From an uncultured Gemmatimonadales bacterium (GTDB lineage: Bacteria; Gemmatimonadota; Gemmatimonadetes; Longimicrobiales; RSA9): a DNA stretch of 64,000 bases. The position numbers were made by a program, and so were the translations under genes. Positions 38,553 to 48,221 of the stretch are shown piece after piece. Location of the stretch: positions 512,001-576,000 of the forward strand of contig CAWCRS010000007.1 in assembly GCA_963798085.1 (NCBI GenBank), given 5' to 3'. Position 1 is the first letter of the stretch. Every line of letters begins with the position of its first letter. Below the pieces are notes generated by a model. It ran no database searches. It was given only the letters and a program-made list of their open reading frames with translations, and had not been told where the DNA came from.

Positions 38553-38882
38553 TTGAACGAGAAGGCTGATCTGCTGCAGGGCACGCTGGACCTGCTGATT
38601 CTCAAGACGCTGCGCCTGGAGGCGCTGCACGGCTGGGGCATCTCCAAGCGCATCCGCCAGCTGTCCGGGGATGTGCTCCAGGTCAACCAGGGCTCGCTCT
38701 ATCCGGCACTGTACCGTCTGGAAGAACAGGGCTGGATCACATCGGAGTGGGGCGTCTCTCCCGAAGGGCGGCGCGCGAAGTTCTACAAGCTGACCGCCCG
38801 CGGCCGCAAACAGTTCGCCGAAGAGGAAGCCAGCTGGCGCCTCTTCACCGGTGCCGTCGACCAGATCCTCTCCGCGACCTGA
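38553..38882 (+). CDS. PadR family regulator, acidobacterial class
   Basis: AGGAG then TTG; DLLQGTLDLLILKTL, HGWGI, QGSLYPALYRLE, RRAKFYKLT. Confidence 0.93.
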   Translation: MNEKADLLQGTLDLLILKTLRLEALHGWGISKRIRQLSGDVLQVNQGSLYPALYRLEEQGWITSEWGVSPEGRRAKFYKLTARGRKQFAEEEASWRLFTGAVDQILSAT

Positions 38883-38889
38883 CTCTTCC

Positions 38890-38919
38890 TTCACCGCGGA
38901 GCGCGCGGGGGGCGCGGAG
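38890..38919 (+). repeat. Second copy of the 30-bp TTCACCGCGGAG repeat
   Basis: Matches 35011-35040; begins 8 nt after the padR stop. Confidence 0.75.
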
Positions 38920-39468
38920 GCACTGCGGGAGGCGGAATCAGGTGCAGGGGGACTTGATCTGTCCTGCGTTTCCTCGTGGTTTGTCTCCAGTCATTGATCC
39001 TTGCGTTTGAACGGCGCTGCGTTCGGGTGGTCGAGTGTGCTGTTCCGCTGCCTCCGCGTTGACGAAGTCTGCTTTCCGTTGATCGGCGTTTCCACACGGT
39101 ACATCACTCCGCGGCGGGCTACGAACGATCGGGAGTTCGCCACTCGGTCGGTTGGCGCTGGCGTGTTCGTGTGCGGTTGCTGAGCTGTCCGCATGCGCTG
39201 ACGTCCATCAATGGCGACGACGGATCACGTCAGCTGCCGCTGCAATGCGTTTCCATGGGTCGAGCAGGCGGGTTCGGGCTCGCCTTGCAATGCGTTACGG
39301 CGTGCTGCCCTCGGTACCCATGAGACTGCTCCCGGTGTAGACAGGTGGGGCCCGTTTCGCTGCGATGCTCTGTGTCCGCAGTGAACCCTCGCGCTGGAGA
39401 GGCGTGGGGACGGGAACGGGGCCTGATTGCGGAGCGGGCGATCGTAGCGCGACCCAGAGCGGATTGAC

Positions 39469-42400
39469 ATGGACGGCGGCGAACACAAAGCCACGACCAG
39501 TGCGAACAATGCAACCGGCGGCCGGGCGGCGCGTGCGTCGCGACGCTGGCCTCGGGTGCTGCTGCGTTCCACGCTTGCACTGGTGCTCGGGCTGATCCTG
39601 CTGCTCGCGCTGGTTGTCGCCATGCTGCAGAACAGCGCGATCGCGACGCGCGCGGCGAACGCGCTCGCGAGTCGGTTCAGTCCGTGGCCGGATGCGCATA
39701 TTGCAGTGCAGAGGGCGAGGCTGCGCGGACTGGGCGGTGTGACACTGGCGGGCGTGCGCATCACGCGAGCGGATGGCCAGGTCATGGTCGCGCTGGACAC
39801 AATGCAGCTGCGCATCCAGCCACTGGCGCTGCTGTGGGGACGCGTGTCCATGCCGGTGCTGCGGGTGCTGGGTGCGGATGTGCGCATGCGTCAGCGCGCG
39901 GATTCCAGCTGGGACCTGCTGGCTCCGTTCATGGGTGGAGACACGATCCGAGCCAGCCGCACGCAGCTGCGCATCGGAGAGGCAGAGCTGCTGCGCTCAC
40001 GCCTCGAGGCGCACTGGCTGGCGCAGAGTGATTCCGTGCTGCGCGTGGAAGACATCACTGTGCGTCTCGCGGGGCTCGCGCTGCCCGAGCCGATGCGCTT
40101 CTCGCTCGACACACTGAGTGCGCGCATCTATCCGCCTCTCCGTCCCGCACAGCCGGCGATGCTGGGTGCTCGCCTGCGGCTGAGCGATGGCCGCCTCGTC
40201 GTCGACGGCTTCAGTCTGCGCTCGGACTCGAGCAATGTTTCCGCAGCAGGCACGCTGCTGGTTCCGGGCGGCAGGGTCGATGACATCCACGATGCCGACT
40301 TCACCCTGGCGGCGAGCCCGCTCGACTTCCGCGATGTGGGCGCGTTCCTGCCGGGCTTCGATGTGCCGGGCAGTCTGCGGCTGCAGGCGCGCGTACGGGG
40401 AACCCCCTCGCTTCTCGACATTGAAGTGGATGGCCGCAGCTTCGATGGCGCCACGCTGCACGTCGCGGGAACGCTGACGCCGCGTACGCAGGGTGACGTG
40501 CGTTACCAGTTGCAGGCGACACTGCACGATCTGGATGCGGCGCTCTGGTCCGGCTCCGCGTCCGGGCTGGGCAAGGTCGACGCCACGGCCGATGTGGCGC
40601 TGGCCGGCCAGGCGCTGGACTCAGTCACGGGCAGCCTGCAGCTCACACTGGGCGGCACTCGCCTGGGCAGCGGGCGCCTGCGCTCGGCGCAGCTGGCTGC
40701 GCAGTTCACGGAAGGCCGGGCCGAAGTGACGGCGGAAGCCGAGGCGACGCCGTGGGTGCATGTCGCACTGCGCGGCGCTGCGCGGCCCTTCGCGCCCACG
40801 CCCGACTACGCCTTCGACATCGATGCTTGCCAGCTCGAGCCGCTCGGCACTGACACCACATTACAGCTGCACGCGGGCACCGTGCAGCTGCACCTTGCGG
40901 GTGCCGGTGTTGCGCGCGCGAACGCGAGAGGCAGCGCGCAGGCCCGCTTCAGCGCCGGCATCGGGGCGGTCATGGTGCGCGGGGGCGAGTTGACTGCGAA
41001 CTGGCAGGATGGCCAGGCCACGGCGAAGCTGGAGGCGTCGGTGGCGGAGGGCCAGGTCTCGGGAAGCGCGCAGGTCGATTGGCGCCATGCGGAAACGCGC
41101 ATCAGCGCGGCCCGGCTGAGTGCGCGCGGCATCGCTTTGGCGGGGCTGGTGGATTCCGCGGCGGGTACGCTGGATCTCGAAGGCACGGGCGACTTCGTGC
41201 CGGGCCGGAACGAAAGCCTGCGCGCGAATGCGACCGCCACCCTGCATGCGCTGGCCTGGGCGGGCAACCGGCTGACGGACACGGCGAGCGCGAACATTAC
41301 TGTTCGCAGTGGCCGGCTGCACGCCGAGGCCGTCGCGGCCGGGCCTGCGGGCCGCATGCTGCTGCGCGGCAATGCCCGGCCTTTCGCGAATACGCCCTCG
41401 TGGACGCTGGAAAGACTGGAGCTGCACGACGTCGACCTGGCGCGCGCAGACACAGCCTGGCCGAATTCGTCGATCAACGCGCTGCTGACGCTCGAGGGCA
41501 GGGGCCGCTCGCCGCGCGCGACGAGCGCGCGCGGACTGCTCACTTTCGATTCCCTGCGTGTCGGCGATCAGGTCATCCGTGACGGCCGGGTGGAGCTGGC
41601 GCTGGGCGAGGGTGAACTGCGCGCGGATCTCACCATGAAAGCGCTGCACGGTTCCATTGCGGCGAACACGCGCGGCACGCCGTTCGACAGCGTGCCCGCT
41701 TTCCACGTCGAGAATGCGCGCTTCCGCGACCTCGATCTGGCCCTGCTCACGCGCGGCTCGTTCAAAGGCGCACTGACAGGCACGATGCAGGCCAATGGCA
41801 CACTGCCGGGCGGGGCGCTGCCCGACGTGCGCGGCAGACTCGAGCTGGCGTCGTCGCCCATCAACGGGGGTCGGCTGCGCGATGGCCGCGCGACGTTCGC
41901 ACTGCAGGCGAGTCACGCTTCGCTGGACCTCGAGCTGAGGACGGACAGTGGCGTCGTCGCCTTCAATGGTCAGGCACAGGTGACGCGCGACACGACTGCC
42001 GCCAGCGGCGTACGCGTCTCGGATGCGAACGTCGAGGGCACTGCCCGGCTGCCCGACCTGGCGGCGCTCATGGGCCAGGATTCGAATGAGGCGGCGGTGG
42101 ATGCGCACTTCGCAATGGCGGGGGAAGGCCTCGACATCGAGACCATGCAATGGACCGCGCATGCGCGCGCCACCGGTCGCTGGGGCGGTGCGCACGTGGA
42201 CACGCTGCTGCTGCGTGCCGGTGTGCACGACGCGCGTCTGCAGCTCGATACCTTCCGCCTGCGTTCCAATGTGGCGCACGGCGACGGCAGCGGCATGCTC
42301 GCACTGCGCGGGCGCAGTTCCATTCCGCCGGAGCAGGGCATGCACATCCGCATTGTCGTGGACAGCGTGGCGCCGTTCGCCGCCATGCTGGGGCGGCACC

Positions 42401-44613
42401 CGCTGGCGTTGCGCACGGGCGTCATCGATCTGCGCGGCACGAACGACGCCGGCGGCACGCAGCTGCAGGCCACGGTCAACCTGGCGGGGCTCGTCAGCGC
42501 CTGGGTGATGGCGGACTCGATCGCGCTGCAGACAGGGGCAACCCTGGATGGCAGCACGTTGCGGCAGGCGGCTGGACAGTTCACGGGCATCGGGCTGGCG
42601 CAGGGCAGCATGTACCTGACGGGCATGACCGCACAGGGGACGTACGACGGCGCTGCGCTGTCCATTGAAGGCAGTGTGCAGCGTGACGAGCAGCACGACC
42701 TGCAGGTGAAAGCGACCGCCACGCCGCGCGAGCATTCCGTGGTGTTCGAGCAGATGCAGCTGGCGCTGCCGGGCAGCCGCTGGACCATCGCGCAGGCGGC
42801 GCGCATCGTGTGGTCACCGCAGATCCGCATCGAGGGTCTGACGCTGACATCCGGTGCGGAGAAGATCACGCTCAACGGCCGCATCGATCGCGCGGGCACG
42901 CAGGATCTGCAGTTGCAGCTGGATTCCGTGCCGGTGCAGGGCTTTGCCGAGTTTGCCGGCATTAACGGCCTGTCAGGCACGGCCAATGGCAGGCTGGAGC
43001 TGACCGGTCCGGCCACGCACATCGCGTTGCGCGGCGACATCACGACGCACCTCAATGGCGTGTCCGGGCACATCGCGGTGGAGCCCGCAGGCGATGATGC
43101 ACTGAGCATCAATGTGGCCATGACGGACGCTGCCCATCGACCGCTCCGCATCAATGGTCAGATGCCGTTCGCCGTCTCGATTGCCCCGGGCGACAGCGGT
43201 TTCGCCGGTCCGACGCATGGCAATGTGGGCTTCACGGTGAGCGCAGATTCCTTCGCGCTGGGCTGGCTCCAGCCCTTCGTACAGCCACTGCGCGTGGACC
43301 GCCTGCAAGGCTGGCTCACGGCGGACGCGCATTTCACGGGCACGTTCGACGCACCGGAAGCATCGGGCACGGCGAGGTTCGCGAACCTGCGGGTATCGGT
43401 ATCGAGCGAGGGCATCGACTATCGCAATGTGCAGGCAGCGCTGGCACTGCAGGGAGACCGCGTGCAGGTCAGCGCGCTGCGTGCGGAAGCGGAAGGAACC
43501 GTGACCGGTGAAGGGCAGCTGTTTCTGGAGAGCCTGAGCCGGCCGCGCTTCAATGTAACACTGCATTTCAACCGCTTCCGCGCGGTCCGCAATCAGTGGG
43601 TGAGGCTGGGCGTGTCCGGTGATGCCCACGTGACCGGTGACCTGGCGAAGCCGGTGGTCGAAGGCGCGCTGACGCTGGTCGACACCGATGTGTACGCGGA
43701 TCCGGCGGGTCAGGGCAGCACAGCAAGGCCCATCGAGCTGACAGCGGCCGATCTCGCGATGCTCGAGAGCTACTTCGGCTACAAGCCGTCTGCCGCGGCC
43801 ACGATGGAATCGGATCCACTGATGCCGTGGTCCATGAACCTGAAGGTCACGTTGGGCACCAATGTCTGGGCGAGGCGCACGGCGCGGCCCGAGATGCGCG
43901 TGCAGCTGGGCGGCTCGCTGGAAGTGCGCAAGGCACCGCAGGACTCAATGCAGCTGTTCGGCTCCATTGAGGTGCTGCCCCAGCGCAGCTACTTCGAAGA
44001 GTTCGGCAAGCATTTCTCGGTCAGCGACGGCACGATCACGTTCAACGGATCGGTGTGGGGCTGGACGGCGAACATCAAGGCGCGTTACCTGGTGCCGTCG
44101 TTCAAGGATCCCAACGCGTCCGAAGTCACGATCACGATGGACGTGACGGGTCCCATGGATGACCTGCGACTGACGCTCGGTTCCGAGCCCCCGCTGGAGA
44201 CGGCCGACATCCTCTCCTACCTGGCCACGGGCCGGCCGGCGGAGAGCGCGGCGTCCTTTGGTGGTGGCGGCGCGCGCGGCGGTCTGCTGACCGAAGGCGC
44301 GACGCTTGCCCTGGGCACGGCCGCCAACCTGCTGGAGCACACTGCCGGCGAAACCGTCGGCCTCGACGTGGTGGAGATCCGGCAGGACGGATTGCGCGGC
44401 GCCACCCTGATAGCAGGGCGTTATGTGTCACCGCGACTGTACGTCGGTTTCCAGCAGCCGCTCACCTTGCGCGACAATCAGGATCCCGCGAATACGACCA
44501 GTCGTGGCACGCAGGTGGAGATCGAATACACGGCGTATCGCTGGCTGCTGCTCAACCTGCAGAGCGGCCAATCGACGCTGAGCTTCTTCCTGCGCACCAA
44601 GCGCGCTTTCTGA
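39469..44613 (+). CDS. tamB: Translocation and assembly module TamB-like protein
   Basis: 1714 aa; N-terminal TM anchor, long beta-rich body, DUF490-like C-terminus (LGSEPPL...ILSYLATGRP, AGRYVSPRLYV). Confidence 0.88.
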   Translation: MDGGEHKATTSANNATGGRAARASRRWPRVLLRSTLALVLGLILLLALVVAMLQNSAIATRAANALASRFSPWPDAHIAVQRARLRGLGGVTLAGVRITRADGQVMVALDTMQLRIQPLALLWGRVSMPVLRVLGADVRMRQRADSSWDLLAPFMGGDTIRASRTQLRIGEAELLRSRLEAHWLAQSDSVLRVEDITVRLAGLALPEPMRFSLDTLSARIYPPLRPAQPAMLGARLRLSDGRLVVDGFSLRSDSSNVSAAGTLLVPGGRVDDIHDADFTLAASPLDFRDVGAFLPGFDVPGSLRLQARVRGTPSLLDIEVDGRSFDGATLHVAGTLTPRTQGDVRYQLQATLHDLDAALWSGSASGLGKVDATADVALAGQALDSVTGSLQLTLGGTRLGSGRLRSAQLAAQFTEGRAEVTAEAEATPWVHVALRGAARPFAPTPDYAFDIDACQLEPLGTDTTLQLHAGTVQLHLAGAGVARANARGSAQARFSAGIGAVMVRGGELTANWQDGQATAKLEASVAEGQVSGSAQVDWRHAETRISAARLSARGIALAGLVDSAAGTLDLEGTGDFVPGRNESLRANATATLHALAWAGNRLTDTASANITVRSGRLHAEAVAAGPAGRMLLRGNARPFANTPSWTLERLELHDVDLARADTAWPNSSINALLTLEGRGRSPRATSARGLLTFDSLRVGDQVIRDGRVELALGEGELRADLTMKALHGSIAANTRGTPFDSVPAFHVENARFRDLDLALLTRGSFKGALTGTMQANGTLPGGALPDVRGRLELASSPINGGRLRDGRATFALQASHASLDLELRTDSGVVAFNGQAQVTRDTTAASGVRVSDANVEGTARLPDLAALMGQDSNEAAVDAHFAMAGEGLDIETMQWTAHARATGRWGGAHVDTLLLRAGVHDARLQLDTFRLRSNVAHGDGSGMLALRGRSSIPPEQGMHIRIVVDSVAPFAAMLGRHPLALRTGVIDLRGTNDAGGTQLQATVNLAGLVSAWVMADSIALQTGATLDGSTLRQAAGQFTGIGLAQGSMYLTGMTAQGTYDGAALSIEGSVQRDEQHDLQVKATATPREHSVVFEQMQLALPGSRWTIAQAARIVWSPQIRIEGLTLTSGAEKITLNGRIDRAGTQDLQLQLDSVPVQGFAEFAGINGLSGTANGRLELTGPATHIALRGDITTHLNGVSGHIAVEPAGDDALSINVAMTDAAHRPLRINGQMPFAVSIAPGDSGFAGPTHGNVGFTVSADSFALGWLQPFVQPLRVDRLQGWLTADAHFTGTFDAPEASGTARFANLRVSVSSEGIDYRNVQAALALQGDRVQVSALRAEAEGTVTGEGQLFLESLSRPRFNVTLHFNRFRAVRNQWVRLGVSGDAHVTGDLAKPVVEGALTLVDTDVYADPAGQGSTARPIELTAADLAMLESYFGYKPSAAATMESDPLMPWSMNLKVTLGTNVWARRTARPEMRVQLGGSLEVRKAPQDSMQLFGSIEVLPQRSYFEEFGKHFSVSDGTITFNGSVWGWTANIKARYLVPSFKDPNASEVTITMDVTGPMDDLRLTLGSEPPLETADILSYLATGRPAESAASFGGGGARGGLLTEGATLALGTAANLLEHTAGETVGLDVVEIRQDGLRGATLIAGRYVSPRLYVGFQQPLTLRDNQDPANTTSRGTQVEIEYTAYRWLLLNLQSGQSTLSFFLRTKRAF

Positions 44614-46823
44614 TGGGCGGTGGGCGCGGACCGCGGCGCAGCACGCGGAACAGGCGAAGATCTGCGTCCGGCTGGAAGTGCGGGGCGGCGCTGGCGGGAC
44701 TGGCAATCGTGACGCTGGCGCGATCGGCACAGGCGCAGATTCCATACGCCGTGTTCGACGCCGCCACGCAGGTGCGTTCGCTGCATTTCGAATTTCCGTC
44801 CGGCCGCAGCTTCCCGGTGTCCGAGCTGAAGCTGGAGATGGCGCTGAGCGCGCCCGGCGCGCTGTACAGCATCCGTCGGTTGCTTGCGATCCTGCCACTG
44901 GTTCCGGACCCGCCGCCCCATCCGTTCACGCCCCTCGAGCTGCAGCGCGACGTGGCGAGGCTCCGGCGCTTCTATGCGGATGCCGGTTTCCTGGGCACCG
45001 GCGTTCACTATGACGTCGCCTTCGATCGCAGTCACAATGCGGTGCGCATCCGCATGATCGTCGACGAAGGCAGGCCCGTCATTGTGCGCTCGATCGCCGT
45101 GCAGACGTCGGCGGGCGGGGACCCGGGGACGCAGCTGCCGGAGGCGATGCAGGCCGCCTGGCGCAACTTCGTGCAGGGCCGGCAGGATCTGATCGGTGCG
45201 CGTCTCACGGACACGGCGCAGACGCGCCTGGTGGGCCGCGTGCTCGACTGGTGGATGGCGCGCGGCTGGGCGTTCGCACAGGCCGCTTCGGAGGTGCGCG
45301 TGGATTCCGCGAGCGCGAGCAGCGACGTGCGCGTGACACTCGATCCGGGACCGCGGGCGCGTGTCGACAGCATTCAGATCGAAGGGAATCACAGCGTATC
45401 TGACGCGCTGGTGCGGCGCACCGTGCCGCTGGCACCCGGCGACTGGTTCTCGTCGGCGAAACTCGCGGCGGGACAGCGCCGTCTCTTCGCGCTGAACCTG
45501 TTCCGCCTGGCGCTCACCGACGTGCCCGCGCAGCCGGCCGATTCGACGGTGACGATCCGCGCGCGTGTGGAAGAGAGTGCGCCTCGCCTGCTCACTGGCG
45601 AACTGGGTTACGTCACCGCCGGCGGGCTGACGACGCGCGGCCAGTTCCTGCACCGCAACTTCACGGGCGGCGCCCGCACCCTGGACGTGTCCGGCGTCGC
45701 CCAAACAGGCGTGTTAGCAGGCGGCGAGCTGCCCGAACGCGACTTCCGGCTTTCCGTCTCCTATCGCACGCCGCAGCTGTTCCACGATCCCAGACTGTCG
45801 CTCACCCTGGCGCCATTCGGCGAGTACCGCGACAACCAGGTGGACCGCTCCTGGCAGTACGGTGTGGAGACTACGGTGATCTATGAGCTGGGGCCCTACC
45901 GCTTCGTCACGTTCCAGCACCGCCTGAGCTCGCGCCGCGTGCTCGACTATCGCATCGGCTCGGGAAGCAGCATCGACCTGGTCACACTGCTGCAGCTGCT
46001 GGCGGAAGGCGCGCTCGACTCGGTGGGCACCCGCATCGATCGCAGCACGTTCTCGCTCTCCGGCACGATCGGTCGCTTCGACCCGGGCACCACGACCCGC
46101 GCACTGCAGTTCCGGCCCAGCGCGGAGATCACGGCGCCGCCCAGCACCAACACCATCGAGTTCTGGCACGCAGAGCTGCCGCTGGTCGGCTTCCTGCCAT
46201 TGCGGCGTCGCGTGTCGCTGGCGGCGCAGGTTTCGGTGGGGCGGGTGTTCCCGTTCGGCAAGACCGTGACCGGCGACAGTATCAGCGGCGGGTTGCAGGT
46301 GCTGCAGCTGCGCGACGTGCTGCTCACCGCGGGCGGCACGGGAAGCATCCGCGGCTGGGGTACGGGCCTGCTCGGTCCCAAGTTCGTTAACATCGAGTTT
46401 CCCGGCCTGCCCGTTACCGATTCGAGCCAGCTGGTCGCCAACGGCTATGCCCCCAGCGGTGGTCTGGCGCGCGCCACGGCGTCACTCGAGCTGCGCCTGC
46501 CGTTCCCCGGTCTCAGCGAACGCTGGGCGACGCACTTCTTCACGGACGCGGCACGCGTCTGGAACCCCGATTCCCGCTATCACGTCGACGACCCCTATGG
46601 CCAGCAGCGCTGGTTCTTCGGTGCAGGCGGCGGCATCGATGTGCGCACGCTGATCGGACCCATCCGCGTCAGCCTTGGCTACAAACTCAATCCCTCGCCG
46701 CTCGATCTGCGCGACGCGGACCGCGTGCTGCGCGCGCTGCAGCAGGACCTGCCATTGTCCACGGTCCCGACGGACTGGAAGCACCGGTTGCACATCCATG
46801 TTTCGCTCGGACAGAGTTTCTGA
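44613..46823 (+). CDS. Omp85 family (TamA/BamA-like) outer-membrane protein
   Basis: POTRA-like repeats (IEGNHSV), GGTGSIRGW loop-6 motif, terminal SLGQSF; TGATG coupling to tamB. Confidence 0.88.
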   Translation: MGGGRGPRRSTRNRRRSASGWKCGAALAGLAIVTLARSAQAQIPYAVFDAATQVRSLHFEFPSGRSFPVSELKLEMALSAPGALYSIRRLLAILPLVPDPPPHPFTPLELQRDVARLRRFYADAGFLGTGVHYDVAFDRSHNAVRIRMIVDEGRPVIVRSIAVQTSAGGDPGTQLPEAMQAAWRNFVQGRQDLIGARLTDTAQTRLVGRVLDWWMARGWAFAQAASEVRVDSASASSDVRVTLDPGPRARVDSIQIEGNHSVSDALVRRTVPLAPGDWFSSAKLAAGQRRLFALNLFRLALTDVPAQPADSTVTIRARVEESAPRLLTGELGYVTAGGLTTRGQFLHRNFTGGARTLDVSGVAQTGVLAGGELPERDFRLSVSYRTPQLFHDPRLSLTLAPFGEYRDNQVDRSWQYGVETTVIYELGPYRFVTFQHRLSSRRVLDYRIGSGSSIDLVTLLQLLAEGALDSVGTRIDRSTFSLSGTIGRFDPGTTTRALQFRPSAEITAPPSTNTIEFWHAELPLVGFLPLRRRVSLAAQVSVGRVFPFGKTVTGDSISGGLQVLQLRDVLLTAGGTGSIRGWGTGLLGPKFVNIEFPGLPVTDSSQLVANGYAPSGGLARATASLELRLPFPGLSERWATHFFTDAARVWNPDSRYHVDDPYGQQRWFFGAGGGIDVRTLIGPIRVSLGYKLNPSPLDLRDADRVLRALQQDLPLSTVPTDWKHRLHIHVSLGQSF

Positions 46824-47057
46824 TCGGAAGCGAACGGCGGGAGGGGGCTCGCGCTGGGGCCGGGAGTGGTCGTCGCACAGCTGCTGATTCGGCGAGGTGC
46901 TCGGTTGTCGCCAGGGAAACCGCGGTCCCGTTCGTTCGTTAAGGCGGAATGAGCGCGCATCATGAACCCGTCGCACGCTTCACGCTTTCGTGCAATGCCA
47001 GCGGCACCGATCCTTGAGGGGAAGCACATGACGCGGGCTGTCGAGGTATAGCGTGCG

Positions 47058-47696
47058 ATGAGCAAGATGGAGCAACCGATGCCCGAACCCAACGCCGCAC
47101 TGCCACAGACCCGGAAGTCGATCGACAATCCCTACGCGGTTAGCGGCGCCGGGATCGGCGGGCGCATCGTCGCGTTCCTGCGGCGCCGGCTGGCTCCTTT
47201 TATCGACGGATACGAAGAGCATGGCTGGTCGGGAAAGCTTTTCCTGCTGAACGGTGGGCTGGGCATCGCCGGCTCAGTGCTCGGCTGGAGCGGTGCCGTG
47301 CTGCTCAACACGCTGCGCCTCGGGCTTCTGCGCGGCATGGGCCTCACCATGGTGGCCGGTCTGGTGGGGCTGCCGTTCCTCCGCATCTGGTACCGCTATC
47401 TGCTCGGCGTTGCGCGCTTCGAGCGGTGGACATTGCCCATTACGGTCGTGCTGTCCGCGTGCGGCGCGATCAGCGGACTCGGGCTGCTCACGGGCCGCAT
47501 GGGCTGGCGCACCATGCTCATCGTTGGCGCGCAGTCCGCGCTCTCCGTCCAGTACCTCGTGTATTTCCTGCGCGAACGCCACCGCTTCGTTGTCGCGAAG
47601 CCCGCCCGCCGGGTCCGCGCAGCGAAGGATCTGCCTGCTCCCCCCACGCCTGCGCCCGCCACGGACAAGGTTGACGATTCGATCGCGTCATCCTGA
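47058..47696 (+). CDS. Hypothetical membrane protein (about 4 TM segments)
   Basis: Four hydrophobic segments; coding-like codon bias. Start uncertain. Confidence 0.65.
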   Translation: MSKMEQPMPEPNAALPQTRKSIDNPYAVSGAGIGGRIVAFLRRRLAPFIDGYEEHGWSGKLFLLNGGLGIAGSVLGWSGAVLLNTLRLGLLRGMGLTMVAGLVGLPFLRIWYRYLLGVARFERWTLPITVVLSACGAISGLGLLTGRMGWRTMLIVGAQSALSVQYLVYFLRERHRFVVAKPARRVRAAKDLPAPPTPAPATDKVDDSIASS

Positions 47697-48221
47697 CACG
47701 CTGTCAGGCGAGGCGCGTCGCGCGGTGACAGGTGGGCGTGCTGCCGATCCGCATGTTCAGCCAGTGGAGCGATGACCTTGCCGGCCGCCGGTCCGAAGAG
47801 CCGTGACACCGCGGCCGCTGCAGGCGATCGCATCCCCGGAAACACTGCGGTGGAAGGCGAGGGCAGTCGTTCATCCGACGGTGTGACGTGTGCCGTCCCG
47901 GAATCCGCCAACCCGGGCCCGGGTCTCGTGCGCCCTGCTTCGCTGGATGACCGTGCAGGCAGCCGAGGGCGGCGCGGGCCAGCGCGCAATCTGACAACGG
48001 GATGACCCGCCCGGGCCTGGAGGCCCCGTCAGCCGGAAGCGCGCGCGGCGTGCGGTGTAGTCGGATGCGGGCGGGCCGGCGACGTAGCGGGGGTCGAGCA
48101 GTGCGCGCCGCGGCGTGCGTCCGGCCATGTGGCGCAGGCTTTACAGGCGGAGCGGTCCGCGCCAGTATGCCAGCACCCGGGAGTCCGGTTCCCGGGGCGG
48201 ATTCTCGCAAAAGGAGCACAC

